The notes under the pieces: model-generated
The model's database searches: none
The model's input: only the letters and a program-made list of their open reading frames with translations
Told to the model about the DNA's origin: nothing
Source: Escherichia coli
Lineage (GTDB): Bacteria; Pseudomonadota; Gammaproteobacteria; Enterobacterales; Enterobacteriaceae
DNA length: 64,000 nucleotides
NCBI RefSeq assembly: GCF_050920415.1
Contig: NZ_CP169309.1
Direction: 5' to 3' (one strand)
Part shown: positions 17,319 to 27,732 of the stretch, piece by piece
Layout of the letters: each line of letters opens with the position of its first letter
How positions within the stretch are numbered: position 1 is the first letter of the stretch
Program-made: the position numbers and the translations under genes

Positions 17319-17349
17319 TTGACAATGTACCATTAAGATACATAATGTA
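17319..17349 (+). promoter_or_regulatory. pL-like promoter overlapped by OL operators
   Basis: TTGACA (-35) at 17319-17324, CATAAT (-10) at about 17341-17346; same ATGTA-N9-TACAT operator as OR at 17325-17343 plus a half-site. Confidence 0.6.
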
Positions 17350-17474
17350 CCTGCATAAGATATCGAACAGGCAGGACGCCCACGAAGTAGCCGTCCGGGG
17401 CATACGAAGACCGGAATGGTTCGTAAATAAAAAAGCGCCCAAGTGGACGCTTCACTTTTGAACTGGATTTATAA

Positions 17475-17684
17475 TCAATTATTTTCTTCATAAATGTTTT
17501 GTAATGTATTTATGAGATTTGGTATTTCTTTTATGGGAAAAGAATATATTGGACTTTCGATAATTTTATCAGATTCAAATGGTGGTTGTTTGCAGGACAG
17601 TTGAACTATAACTGAATTATGATCTTTAACTGGCACACAGTACCAACCACATACATCAAAAACAGGAGTATTTTGATTATCCAT
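17475..17684 (-). CDS. Hypothetical small protein in AT-rich segment, convergent with pL transcription
   Basis: 69 aa from ATG with GAGGA RBS (MDNQNTPVFDVCGWYCVPVKDH...); markedly AT-rich. Confidence 0.4.
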   Translation of the reverse strand: MDNQNTPVFDVCGWYCVPVKDHNSVIVQLSCKQPPFESDKIIESPIYSFPIKEIPNLINTLQNIYEENN

Positions 17685-18528
17685 TATGTCCTCGACAACT
17701 AAAAACACTGCGTACAAACCTCAAAAGCAGGGAGTTATTTATAAAATTTCATAAAGAATAATTACTGATAGCGACAATTCATTGTTCTTGAATTTTGAAA
17801 AATAGCAAGACAAAACAATGTAAACTTATTTAAGAAAAGTTCTTATTATGTAAACAAAACAACCAATTCGTTATATAGGAAAAACAAATAGTACGCAAGA
17901 AAATATTCAACAGGGGTATTACATTCAACCATAAGAGTAATCGTCTCTTTGGTAACTAATACCGAACATTTTATTGTAACACGTCGTATGGCACATGCGT
18001 CGTTAGCGGTCTGGGGACGTTAAAGGGGACAATCCACTCCTTGCTCGGGCAAACAAACCAGGTAGCCGGAATGTGCAAGTCAATGATGATGCTGATAAGA
18101 CGCCTAACCAGCGTGGCGATCCGGTTTGACGCCTGGGAAGAGACCAGGGTGCAACGATGAGGGCATTTATGGAGCCGCGACAAAGTGTGGTGCCATAACT
18201 GGCTAAGTGCTCTCAGCGTTGTGGTAATCCGCGAAATGGCGCGGCGGTAAGTATGGCGGGGTTACTCTTTCCCCGTTGAGGACACCGGATTGTCAGGTTG
18301 ACCATACGCCTGAGTGACAACCCCACCACAACAGCCACTGCTTTGGCGGTACCAGCTTGTACCCTTGCTTCCGGCTGGTACCGTCCTTTTTACAAAACAG
18401 AGAAGAGCATCACCGGACGACGGGCTCATAACCCAATCCATCCGGGCGGCTGCCACCGCAGGTGTTCTTCTCTGTTTTGTGGAGAAACCAACCGGCCTTG
18501 CAGGGTCGATATGATGAGGAGCAGCAAA

Positions 18529-18891
18529 ATGGCTAGCGAACGCAGTACTGATGTGCAGGCATTTATCGGGGAGCTGGACGGCGGCGTATTTGAAACCAAA
18601 ATCGGCGCAGTTCTCAGTGAAGTCGCTTCCGGTGTGATGAACACGAAAACCAAAGGTAAGGTCTCACTCAACCTGGAAATCGAACCATTTGATGAGAACC
18701 GTGTGAAAATCAAACACAAACTCTCATATGTTCGCCCGACTAACCGCGGGAAAATTTCCGAAGAAGACACCACCGAAACGCCGATGTATGTCAATCGCGG
18801 TGGTCGCCTGACTATTCTGCAGGAAGACCAGGGACAATTACTGACTCTTGCCGGTGAACCTGACGGAAAACTCCGCGCAGCAGGTCATTAA
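18529..18891 (+). CDS. YfdP-like early-left-operon protein
   Basis: 120 aa from ATG with GAGGAG RBS (MASERSTDVQAFIGELDGGVFETKIGAV...); followed by YfdQ/YfdR-like genes as in CPS-53. Confidence 0.6.
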   Translation: MASERSTDVQAFIGELDGGVFETKIGAVLSEVASGVMNTKTKGKVSLNLEIEPFDENRVKIKHKLSYVRPTNRGKISEEDTTETPMYVNRGGRLTILQEDQGQLLTLAGEPDGKLRAAGH

Positions 18892-18956
18892 TATCGTTCT
18901 TAATTAACTGATTATTTATCTCATCACTGAATATCTTTATATAGTGAGGACTTATT

Positions 18957-19781
18957 ATGTCTCAGAACTTAGACGCAACCGCAATTAATCAAATCCATGC
19001 CCTTATTTCTGCTCAGGGTGTTAATGAAATTATCAGTAAGATTGGTGCCGATGCTGTGGCATTGCCTGAGAATTTCCGCATTCATGATCTGGAAAAATTT
19101 AATTTAAATCGCTTCCGTTTCCGTGGTGCGCTTTCCACTGCCAGCATCGATGACTTTACCCGTTATTCTAAAGATCTTGCAGATGAAGGCACCCGCTGCT
19201 TTATCGATGCTGATAATATGCGTGCCGTCAGTGTGCTTAACCTGGGTACTATTGATGAACCAGGTCACGCAGATAACACCGCCACTCTCAAACTGAAAAA
19301 GACAGCACCGTTCTCTGCCCTGTTGTATGTTAACGGCGAGCGTAACTCCCAGAAGTCACTGGCAGAATGGATTGAAGACTGGGCCGACTATCTTGTGGGC
19401 TTTGATGCTAATGGTGACACCATTCAGGCAACAAAAGCGGCTGCGGCGGTCCGTAAAATCACGATTGAAGCAAACCAGACCGCTGATTTTGAAGATAATG
19501 ACTTCAGCGGCAAACGCTCCCTGATGGAGTCTGTCGAAGCGAAGACCAAAGACATTATGCCAGTGGCATTTGAATTTAAATGCGTTCCGTTTGAAGGTCT
19601 GAAAGAACGTCCGTTTAAATTACGCCTCAGCATTATCACTGGCGATCGTCCTGTACTGGTTCTGCGCATTATTCAGCTGGAAGCGGTGCAGGAAGATATG
19701 GCTAACGAATTTCGTGATCTGCTTGTTGAGAAATTCAAGGACAGCAAAGTAGAAACCTTTATTGGTACTTTCACCGCCTGA
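18957..19781 (+). CDS. YfdQ-like protein (DUF2303)
   Basis: 274-aa ORF with strong RBS; recalled as CPS-53 YfdQ-like. Confidence 0.75.
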   Translation: MSQNLDATAINQIHALISAQGVNEIISKIGADAVALPENFRIHDLEKFNLNRFRFRGALSTASIDDFTRYSKDLADEGTRCFIDADNMRAVSVLNLGTIDEPGHADNTATLKLKKTAPFSALLYVNGERNSQKSLAEWIEDWADYLVGFDANGDTIQATKAAAAVRKITIEANQTADFEDNDFSGKRSLMESVEAKTKDIMPVAFEFKCVPFEGLKERPFKLRLSIITGDRPVLVLRIIQLEAVQEDMANEFRDLLVEKFKDSKVETFIGTFTA

Positions 19782-19908
19782 TTTCATTACTGCAAATGCC
19801 CCTGCGGGGGCATTTATGGAAACGTAATTTACTCAATAATCGCCGGATGGTGAGGGATTCTTTTTACCAGAATTCAGCGCGGTGCAGCGCATATACGTGG
19901 AGAACAAA

Positions 19909-20445
19909 ATGTCATTTATCAAAACTTTTTCTGGGAAGCATTTTTATTATGACAGGATAAATAAAGACGACATCGATATTAACGATATCGCGGTTTCCCT
20001 TTCAAATATCTGTCGCTTTGCCGGTCATCTTTCGCACTTCTACAGCGTCGCCCAACATGCGGTTCTTTGCAGCCAGCTGGTGCCGCAGGAATTTGCTTTT
20101 GAAGCGTTAATGCATGATGCAACAGAAGCGTATTGCCAGGACATTCCCGCACCACTGAAACGCCTTCTTCCTGACTATAAACGGATGGAAGAAAAAATAG
20201 ACGCCGTAATCCGTGAGAAATACGGGTTACCCCCGGTTATGAGTACACCCGTGAAATATGCCGATCTCATCATGCTGGCAACCGAACGCCGCGATCTCGG
20301 GCTTGATGATGGCTCTTTCTGGCCTGTACTGGAAGGCATCCCGGCAACAGAGATGTTCAACGTGATTCCACTGGCACCGGGCCATGCCTACGGGATGTTT
20401 ATGGAACGTTTTAACGATTTATCGGAGTTACGCAAATGCGCATGA
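19909..20445 (+). CDS. YfdR-like HD-domain phosphohydrolase
   Basis: 178 aa from MSFIKTFSGKHFYYDR...; HD motif region HFYSVAQHAVLCS...LMHDATEAY. Confidence 0.75.
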   Translation: MSFIKTFSGKHFYYDRINKDDIDINDIAVSLSNICRFAGHLSHFYSVAQHAVLCSQLVPQEFAFEALMHDATEAYCQDIPAPLKRLLPDYKRMEEKIDAVIREKYGLPPVMSTPVKYADLIMLATERRDLGLDDGSFWPVLEGIPATEMFNVIPLAPGHAYGMFMERFNDLSELRKCA

Positions 20446-20798
20446 ATGTTTTCGAAATGGAAGGGTTTCTTCGCGGGAAATGTGTACCGCGAGATCTGAA
20501 AGTGAACGAAACAAATGCTGAGTACCTGGTACGTAAATTCGACGCGCTTGAAGCTAAATGTGCGGCACTGGAAAACAAAATAATACCAGTGTCAACTGAA
20601 CTGCCACCAGCAAATGAAAGTGTTCTGTTATTTGATGCTAATGGAGAAGGCTGGCTGATTGGCTGGCGTTCTCTCTGGTACACCTAGGGACAAAAAGAAA
20701 CCGGAGAATGGCAGTGGACATTTCAGGTCGGGGACCTTGAAAACGTCAATATCACTCACTGGGCAGTAGTGCCAAAAGCACCGGAGGCTGGAGCATAA
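20436..20798 (+). pseudogene. YfdS-like gene interrupted by an in-frame TAG at 20685-20687
   Basis: The frame continues after the TAG as GQKETGEWQWTFQVGDLENVNITHWAVVPKAPEAGA and ends at a TAA overlapping the next ATG (TAATG at 20796-20800); total length 120 codons. Confidence 0.5.
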
Positions 20799-21577
20799 TG
20801 ACCACATTTACCAATAAAGAACTGATTAAAGAAATCAAAGAACGAATCAGCAGCCTAGAGGTTCGAGACGATATTGAGCGCCGTGCTTATGAAATTGCTC
20901 TGGCATCGCTAGAAGAGGAGCCGGTGGCGTGGCTGCATTCAGAAAATGGCTTAGGTATTCCGGCAATAACGAGGAGTAAAAACATTGCTGACAGTTGGTT
21001 ATCAAAGGGCTGGTATGTTCAGCCGCTATATATAGCCAAGCCAGTGCCGGTAGTGCCAGATGCTCGTCCGTCTTTAAATAATGGCATAGTCGGTTTTGAT
21101 GAAGGCTGGAACGCCTGCCGCGCCGCCATGCTTCATGGTGCCGAACCTGTAAACCAAACTTACAAGTCACCACACACGCAGTTTGAACAAGTTGCTGACC
21201 TCTACGAAATGCAATTTGATGACGGTCGCACTTGTGCCTTTCACACTGATGCGCAAAAGGCTGCGCAATGGCTTCAGGTGTGCGACGGAAACAGGGTTCA
21301 GGAATACGTTAAGCTGGAACGGCTGCAGAACGCGCTGTCTGGCAACTCTCCGGTAAGTCCAGGTGGTTGGATAAGCTGTAGTGAGCGAATGCCGAATGAT
21401 AAACAGTATGTTTGGTGTTGGGGGAAGTCTTACGGCTGGACTGAGTGCGATACCTTCGAAGGGTATTACGATTGGTCGAGAAACAAATGGTGGGCAGTTA
21501 CTGACAATGAGGAAGAACAGGCATCGAAAGTAACCCACTGGATGCCACTACCGGAGCCGCCGCAGGAGGTGAAGTAA
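20798..21577 (+). CDS. Hypothetical protein with DUF551-like Trp-rich C-terminal region
   Basis: 259 aa; C-terminal WISCSERMPNDKQYVWCWGKSYGWTECDTFEGYYDWSRNKWWAVTDN...HWMPLPEPP pattern. Confidence 0.6.
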   Translation: MTTFTNKELIKEIKERISSLEVRDDIERRAYEIALASLEEEPVAWLHSENGLGIPAITRSKNIADSWLSKGWYVQPLYIAKPVPVVPDARPSLNNGIVGFDEGWNACRAAMLHGAEPVNQTYKSPHTQFEQVADLYEMQFDDGRTCAFHTDAQKAAQWLQVCDGNRVQEYVKLERLQNALSGNSPVSPGGWISCSERMPNDKQYVWCWGKSYGWTECDTFEGYYDWSRNKWWAVTDNEEEQASKVTHWMPLPEPPQEVK

Positions 21578-21771
21578 TGAACAACTTAATGACAACTAAA
21601 CAAGTCGCCGATTTCTGTGGTGTTTCAGTATCGACAGTTCTTCGCTGGAACAGCGTAAACAGGAGAACTGGTCAGAAATACAGGCCTGACTTTCCAGATC
21701 CTGATATTAAATCCTGCCCAAATAAATGGGCATCACACAAGATTTACAGATTTGCGGGAGTGATTGAGTAA
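21577..21771 (+). CDS. xis: Excisionase / AlpA-family HTH protein
   Basis: 64 aa with TTKQVADFCGVSVSTVLRWN motif; last gene of the pL operon next to int. Confidence 0.7.
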   Translation: MNNLMTTKQVADFCGVSVSTVLRWNSVNRRTGQKYRPDFPDPDIKSCPNKWASHKIYRFAGVIE

Positions 21772-22053
21772 TATGTATTAGCTTAGATGTGAGCTGACAC
21801 ATCTATGCTTAGATGCCAAACCTAATCTGAGCGTCCACTCTTTACCAAGAGCGGACGTTACCAATGACCATATGACATGAATCGATAAGATCAAAACATT
21901 ATCGCCAAGAAATGTCATACCATTGATACAAATAAAATTGATTACCCCCTTACTCTTGTTGAAAAGTTAGTCGTAGAGTACCTATCGCAATGTAATCAGC
22001 TTTAATCATCTGAAAATTACTCCTTAAAAATTAGCTTTTATATACTGAACAAA

Positions 22054-22773
22054 TTAAATCTCTGTTTCTTTTCCTGCTCGGCTCAACCAATACTCCATTG
22101 TTTGAGTATGAATCTTTTCAGCGTATATTTTATCAATTAATTTATCTTGTTTTTCTTTAATGACTTCACGCAGTGAATCATATAACATAAAAAAACGTTC
22201 ATCATCTTCCTCATTATTACCGTAATTTATTTGATTGAGCTCTGAAAAAATATGATAGTACCTTTTTTTCTTGGTCCCCGGCAATATTAAAACCAAGCCA
22301 CATTGATCATATTCGAATTCACCTTTATGGGCAGCAAAGTTATGTCTAACATTCATAATAGAATCATGTAAATCTCTATATTTTTCTGGCACATGCTTTC
22401 TCTGCAATGTGAATCGACGCCCTTTCGCCTCTGTAAAACACTTACCGTAAGTAACAACTTTTGATATAAACAAAGACTTTAATATTAGATTCTTTTCTAA
22501 ATCCGGATAAATAAAGTGTTGTTCTTTATTAATGTTATTACAAATATTTTTTATTATATTCTCCCAACCAATAACATTCCGAAGATCTTTATCAAGCAAC
22601 TGTAAGGCCACATATTGTTCTACAAAGCGGCCTTTTAAAGGTATTCGTGGTAATATTACACCTTTCTGCTTATAAATTCTTTCTATCGTATTATCTGGAT
22701 ATTGGATCTTCCTTATTTCTATTCCGTCTTCTTCTGATACCCTTACTAATGGTTCATTTTTTAACTTTGACAT
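22054..22773 (-). CDS. Hypothetical protein with HEPN-like R-x5-H motif (candidate abortive-infection/defence protein)
   Basis: 239-aa ORF in a strongly AT-rich segment between xis and int; contains NVRHNFAAHKGEF (R-x5-H); no other family recognised. Confidence 0.6.
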   Translation of the reverse strand: MSKLKNEPLVRVSEEDGIEIRKIQYPDNTIERIYKQKGVILPRIPLKGRFVEQYVALQLLDKDLRNVIGWENIIKNICNNINKEQHFIYPDLEKNLILKSLFISKVVTYGKCFTEAKGRRFTLQRKHVPEKYRDLHDSIMNVRHNFAAHKGEFEYDQCGLVLILPGTKKKRYYHIFSELNQINYGNNEEDDERFFMLYDSLREVIKEKQDKLIDKIYAEKIHTQTMEYWLSRAGKETEI

Positions 22774-23012
22774 GTTAACCCTCTTAAATAAAAAACTAAC
22801 TTTATCCAGATAGTGTCCGTTAAGAAGTTTTCGTTACAACTAAGTTTCTAGGTAAATCATGAATCGACCTATAGTATCAAAAACATTTGGTGGTAAACAT
22901 CTGCATTTATCAAATGGCAGGAGCGATTTAGGGGCATAGGGATAGTGATGATATCGATACCCGCCCCCTCTTATGTCAACACAATGGCGTAAACTTAACG
23001 CTCACATCTCGC

Positions 23013-24269
23013 TCAAAGTGTGCTAGGAGATTTGGTTATGTTCAGGTGATACAAACCGTCAGTTTGACAATTAACAATCGATTCAACCCTCTTCCACCAT
23101 GCCAGGTAAGCTTTACGCTGTTCTTCTAGATAATCACTCTTATCATAAACTTGCCATACCCCTGGCAGCTTATGACCAAGCATAATTTCTGCGATATGAG
23201 GCGCAGTAAGATCAGAAAAATTTGTTCGAGCTGTACGTCTCAAGTCATGAAGAGACCAATGAGGGAATTGATATCCTAAACACCGCCATGCGTACTGCAT
23301 TAAATTGTAAGGCAGCGACTGCAATGATGTCCGACCAACGGGTTCCCTGCTTCCTTCCTTAGTAAAAAGCATATCGGAACCATTGTTCATAGAGATAGCG
23401 TACTTTATAAGCTCTTCAACCGGTTCAATAATGGGCCGCTTTAGCGGTTCGCCTGTTATCTCCCCAGTCTTATGTCGTTCTGGTGGTACAGTCCATACTT
23501 TATTAATGAAATCAAAATCGTCCACCCGGGCGGTAATTAGCTCTGAACTACGGCAACCAAAATGCAGCAATAGTTTAATGAAGGCCCGGTATTTAGGAAC
23601 CATTCGAGAACCATCGATCGCAGCATAAAGGATTTTAATTTCATCATGTGTCAGAAACCGTTTCTTCTGACCTTTACGGATATCCATATCTTTACCCGTG
23701 ATATCCGACAGCGGGCGAGTTTCAATGAGCTTTCTCTTATACGCCCAGACATGGGCCTGCTTTGCGTTAATTAGCAATCGGTCTGCTATTGCTGGAGTCT
23801 TAGTGCTAAGAGGCTCCAGGACTTCTAACCAATCATGCAATGTAGCTGCATCGTGAGGGATATTCCCGATTTTAGAGAACAGGTGCAGCTCAAACGAGCG
23901 AAGTATCTGTTCAGAACCTTTTTTATTTTTTACACAATATGCTTCATACCAAGCACGGATCACAGACTCTACCGTCATGGCTTCAGTAGCTTTTCGTTTT
24001 TCAGCCTGCTTGACCAATCGTGGATTACGGTTTGACTCGAGTTCACCACGAAGACGGATAACTTCTTCTCTGGCCTCTTTTAATCCAGTTGCCGGGTAAG
24101 TTCCGATATCAAGACGCTCACCTTTCCCTGCCCATTGATAACGATATTGGAACACTACGCGACCTTTCGGTGATACTCTGACAGACAGACCATCACGATC
24201 GGATTTAACCAAAACCTTATCACGTTCCTTTCCAACGACTGAACGCAACCACGCATCAGACAGCGCCAT
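23013..24269 (-). CDS. int: Tyrosine-type phage integrase
   Basis: 418 aa; C-terminal catalytic region with HDLRRT and LGH...Y pattern. Confidence 0.9.
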   Translation of the reverse strand: MALSDAWLRSVVGKERDKVLVKSDRDGLSVRVSPKGRVVFQYRYQWAGKGERLDIGTYPATGLKEAREEVIRLRGELESNRNPRLVKQAEKRKATEAMTVESVIRAWYEAYCVKNKKGSEQILRSFELHLFSKIGNIPHDAATLHDWLEVLEPLSTKTPAIADRLLINAKQAHVWAYKRKLIETRPLSDITGKDMDIRKGQKKRFLTHDEIKILYAAIDGSRMVPKYRAFIKLLLHFGCRSSELITARVDDFDFINKVWTVPPERHKTGEITGEPLKRPIIEPVEELIKYAISMNNGSDMLFTKEGSREPVGRTSLQSLPYNLMQYAWRCLGYQFPHWSLHDLRRTARTNFSDLTAPHIAEIMLGHKLPGVWQVYDKSDYLEEQRKAYLAWWKRVESIVNCQTDGLYHLNITKSPSTL

Positions 24270-24284
24270 TACTCACCTTGTACA

Positions 24285-24480
24285 AATCGCAAAACACCTC
24301 TGCTGTTTTGTACATTATGTACAAGCATATGTACAGATTTTTGATGAAAGCAAGCTGATCGATTTAAAGTTACATGAAAGAGTTTTCAATTAAAGAAGCT
24401 ACATAACCAAATGTATTTAAATGAGTTACATAACTCAACCTAAATTAACTGAAAGGATTTTGAAAGAGTAAAAGAGCTTT
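24285..24480. other. Probable attachment-site region (attR side) with integrase arm-type repeats
   Basis: Clustered TGTACA/TTGTACA motifs and two TACATAAC repeats between int start and host yjjG; core site not resolvable without the other prophage end. Confidence 0.4.
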
Positions 24481-24654
24481 AATTTGGGCTTAATTATTGG
24501 GGTGAGAAATAATGGCAAAAGTGCGGCGCTTCGCCACCTCTTGCAAATAAGGAGACAACGTCATAATTCTTTCTTCTTGAGTAAGCGGCATCGCGCCGCG
24601 CTTGTTGAAAACGAAAAATTGCGGCTATTTTACCCATCAACGGGGGGGAGGCAA

Positions 24655-25332
24655 TCAGTGTTTACACAGGAGCTGCTCCAGTTCGTGCAACGAAGAAACG
24701 GTCCAGGTAGGCGCGATGCCTTCTGGTTGCTCGCGATTGTGAGCATTCAGCCAGCAGGTCGCAAGCCCGGCGTTGATGCCACCGAGAATATCGGACTCGG
24801 CAGTGTCGCCAACCATCAGCACGCGTGAACGGTCAGGATTGCCCGCCTGTTCCAGCGCATAATCGAAAATTTTCTTATTCGGTTTGGCTACGCCAACTTC
24901 TTCGGAAATCACCAACAAATCGAAATAATCACGCAGGCCCGTGCGTTCCAGACGCACTTGCTGCAAGGCGCTAAAGCCGTTGGTGATGATGCCGATTTTG
25001 GCGTTGCCGCGAATGGCATTAAGCAGGGAAACCGCGCCCGGCAGCGGTGTGCAAATTTCCGCCATCGCATTAATGAAGGCCTCGTTGAGTTTACCTGGCT
25101 CGACGTTCAGCCGTTCGGCCCAGCTCTCAAAACGCCCGTGCTGAAGCTGTAATGAAGTGATCGCACCGTTTTGATAATCTACCCACAGGGGCTTGTTAAC
25201 GGCCTGATAGTCCTGAAAATCTTCAGCGGTAAAAGTGACGCTGTAATCAAGAAACATCCGCTGCAGGCCGGTGAACGAGTCAAAAGTAAACAGCGTTTCA
25301 TCGGCATCAAAGAAAATCCAGTCCCACTTCAT
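24655..25332 (-). CDS. yjjG: Pyrimidine 5'-nucleotidase YjjG (HAD family)
   Basis: 225 aa [17 protein letters not shown]... HAD motif; gene order matches K-12. Confidence 0.9.
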   Translation of the reverse strand: MKWDWIFFDADETLFTFDSFTGLQRMFLDYSVTFTAEDFQDYQAVNKPLWVDYQNGAITSLQLQHGRFESWAERLNVEPGKLNEAFINAMAEICTPLPGAVSLLNAIRGNAKIGIITNGFSALQQVRLERTGLRDYFDLLVISEEVGVAKPNKKIFDYALEQAGNPDRSRVLMVGDTAESDILGGINAGLATCWLNAHNREQPEGIAPTWTVSSLHELEQLLCKH

Positions 25333-25346
25333 TATTCCACCTTGTC

Positions 25347-25793
25347 TTACATACTGATTGGCAACGCCATGATGATGGCGTCTTCGCGACCGTCCTTGGT
25401 GGGGTAGTAATTGCGGCGAATCGTCGCCTCGTTAAAGCCTAAACTTTCGTACAGGGCAATGGCGGCAGCGTTTGAGGCACGGACTTCCAGCCATAGTGTC
25501 GCCACGCCGCGTTTTTCCAGTTCGTCGATCAGATGTTCCAGCAGCGCCCTTCCCAGCCCCTGACGCTGATAGTCGGGATCGACCGCAATATTGAACAATG
25601 TAGCTTCATCCAGCACCACTTGCGTAATCGCAAACGCCGCCATTTTGCCGTTTTGCGTTAACTGAAAGTTGAGATAACGCTCGCCCTGGTTGCTGGCAAA
25701 GGTTTTTTCACTCCACGGAAAGGCGTGGGCGCGTTGTTCAATGTGGTAAGCCGCTGGTAAATCAGTCGTTTCGAGGGAAGAAATCGTGTTCAT
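25347..25793 (-). CDS. rimI: Ribosomal protein S18 alanine N-acetyltransferase
   Basis: 148 aa from [25 protein letters not shown]...; GNAT motif [10 protein letters not shown]. Confidence 0.9.
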   Translation of the reverse strand: MNTISSLETTDLPAAYHIEQRAHAFPWSEKTFASNQGERYLNFQLTQNGKMAAFAITQVVLDEATLFNIAVDPDYQRQGLGRALLEHLIDELEKRGVATLWLEVRASNAAAIALYESLGFNEATIRRNYYPTKDGREDAIIMALPISM

Positions 25794-26175
25794 ATGTGCA
25801 AATTTGTTGCCATAACGCGGCGCGTGCCGTTGGGTTTGCCCGTAATTCGGTGAGCGCTGGTGATGCCACCTGAGCGCCTTCCAGTGATAGCGGTTCATCA
25901 GTACCCAACCGCCAGCTGTTGCAGCGACTACCTTGCGGCAGCATCGCGATCTTTTCTGGCGTCAGTTGCAGCACCTGGTCGGGGCTGACGGTTAATGCAC
26001 GCAGAACATCGCTCACTAAAGGATCGGTCAGGGCGGGAAGATCATTTGCCACCATCACCAGACGGACGTGTGCCGGGATCGCAATGGCAATCTCCCCCTG
26101 CAACGCGCCAGGGCGACGCAGCGACCACTGGGTAATGCCCAGCTGCTGTAACTGCCAGTCTCGTCGGGATGTCAT
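25762..26175 (-). CDS. holD: DNA polymerase III psi subunit
   Basis: 137 aa MTSRRDWQLQQLGITQWSLRRP...; overlaps rimI start as in K-12. Confidence 0.9.
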   Translation of the reverse strand: MTSRRDWQLQQLGITQWSLRRPGALQGEIAIAIPAHVRLVMVANDLPALTDPLVSDVLRALTVSPDQVLQLTPEKIAMLPQGSRCNSWRLGTDEPLSLEGAQVASPALTELRANPTARAALWQQICTYEHDFFPRND

Positions 26176-26277
26176 AGCGAATCGCTCCTGTTGTCAGGGG
26201 CGCAAATATAGCAAATTCGTCGATACCGCGCCAACATATGGCTATAATCGCCGCCAGTATCAATTGAGGAGCATTCC

Positions 26278-27309
26278 ATGTCTGCATTTACCCCGGCAAG
26301 TGAAGTCTTGCTGCGTCACAGTGATGATTTCGAACAAAGCCGTATTCTGTTTGCCGGAGACTTACAGGATGACCTGCCCGCGCGTTTAGATACCGCGGCC
26401 AGCCGTGCTCATACCCAGCAATTCCACCATTGGCAGGTGTTAAGCCGCCAAATGGGTGATAACGCCCGTTTTAGCCTGGTGGCAACGGCGGATGACGTCG
26501 CAGATTGCGATACTTTGATTTACTACTGGCCGAAGAACAAACCGGAAGCCCAGTTTCAGTTAATGAATTTACTTTCTCTGCTGCCGGTGGGGACGGATAT
26601 TTTTGTTGTTGGCGAGAACCGCAGCGGCGTGCGCAGCGCCGAGCAGATGCTTGCAGATTATGCGCCGTTGAATAAAGTCGACAGCGCCCGTCGCTGTGGC
26701 CTCTATTTTGGTCGTCTGGAAAAACAGCCGGTATTTGATGCCGATAAATTCTGGGGCGAATACAGCGTCGATGGCCTGACGGTGAAAACGCTGCCTGGCG
26801 TGTTTAGCCGCGACGGTCTGGATGTCGGTAGCCAGTTGCTGCTCTCGACGTTAACTCCGCACACGAAAGGTAAAGTGCTGGATGTCGGCTGCGGTGCAGG
26901 CGTTCTTTCAGTTGCCTTTGCACGCCACTCACCGAAGATTCGTCTCACGTTGTGCGATGTTTCTGCGCCAGCAGTTGAAGCCAGCCGTGCAACACTTGCG
27001 GCCAACGGTGTTGAAGGTGAAGTCTTTGCCAGCAACGTCTTTTCTGAGGTGAAAGGTCGTTTTGATATGATCATCTCCAATCCGCCGTTCCACGATGGGA
27101 TGCAAACCAGTCTGGATGCAGCACAAACGCTGATTCGCGGCGCGGTGCGTCATCTTAACAGCGGCGGCGAGCTGAGAATTGTGGCGAACGCCTTCCTGCC
27201 TTACCCGGACGTGCTGGATGAGACATTTGGCTTCCACGAAGTGATCGCGCAAACCGGGCGCTTCAAGGTGTATCGCGCCATTATGACCCGCCAGGCGAAG
27301 AAAGGTTAA
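26278..27309 (+). CDS. rsmC: 16S rRNA (guanine1207-N2)-methyltransferase
   Basis: 343 aa; AdoMet motif [11 protein letters not shown] and NPPFH. Confidence 0.9.
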   Translation: MSAFTPASEVLLRHSDDFEQSRILFAGDLQDDLPARLDTAASRAHTQQFHHWQVLSRQMGDNARFSLVATADDVADCDTLIYYWPKNKPEAQFQLMNLLSLLPVGTDIFVVGENRSGVRSAEQMLADYAPLNKVDSARRCGLYFGRLEKQPVFDADKFWGEYSVDGLTVKTLPGVFSRDGLDVGSQLLLSTLTPHTKGKVLDVGCGAGVLSVAFARHSPKIRLTLCDVSAPAVEASRATLAANGVEGEVFASNVFSEVKGRFDMIISNPPFHDGMQTSLDAAQTLIRGAVRHLNSGGELRIVANAFLPYPDVLDETFGFHEVIAQTGRFKVYRAIMTRQAKKG

Positions 27310-27500
<191 letters not shown>

Positions 27501-27617
27501 CCCGATGGACATTTTTCCAGCAATTACACCTCCGTCGATAATTAACTATTGACGAAAAGCTGAAAACCACTAGAATGCGCCTCCGTGGTAGCAATTCTTT
27601 TTAAGAATTGATGGTAT

Positions 27618-27704
27618 GCGAAGGTGGCGGAATTGGTAGACGCGCTAGCTTCAGGTGTTAGTGTCCTTACGGACGTGGGGGTTCAAGTCCCCCCCCTCGC
27701 ACCA
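27618..27704 (+). tRNA. leuQ: tRNA-Leu (CAG)
   Basis: GCGAAGGTGGCGGAATTGGTAGACGCGCTAGCTTCAGGTGTTAGTGTCCTTACGGACGTGGGGGTTCAAGTCCCCCCCCTCGCACCA; class II tRNA, anticodon CAG. Confidence 0.9.
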
Positions 27705-27732
27705 AAAACCACGTTGATATTGCTCGCACTGG

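Larger units (their letters stand above)
1..24480. mobile_element. Lambdoid prophage, right-hand portion (cos/Nu1 through lysis, Q, replication, immunity, pL operon, xis, int); left end beyond window, right boundary approximate
   Basis: Contiguous phage modules in canonical order ending in a tyrosine integrase next to host yjjG; boundary placed between int (start 24269) and yjjG (3' end 24655). Confidence 0.85.

Noticed and set aside
17280-18528. N antiterminator or rexAB-like exclusion genes near cI
   Set aside because: No Arg-rich small ORF and no large ORFs between cI and the first pL-operon gene; only one AT-rich 69-aa gene and non-coding sequence.
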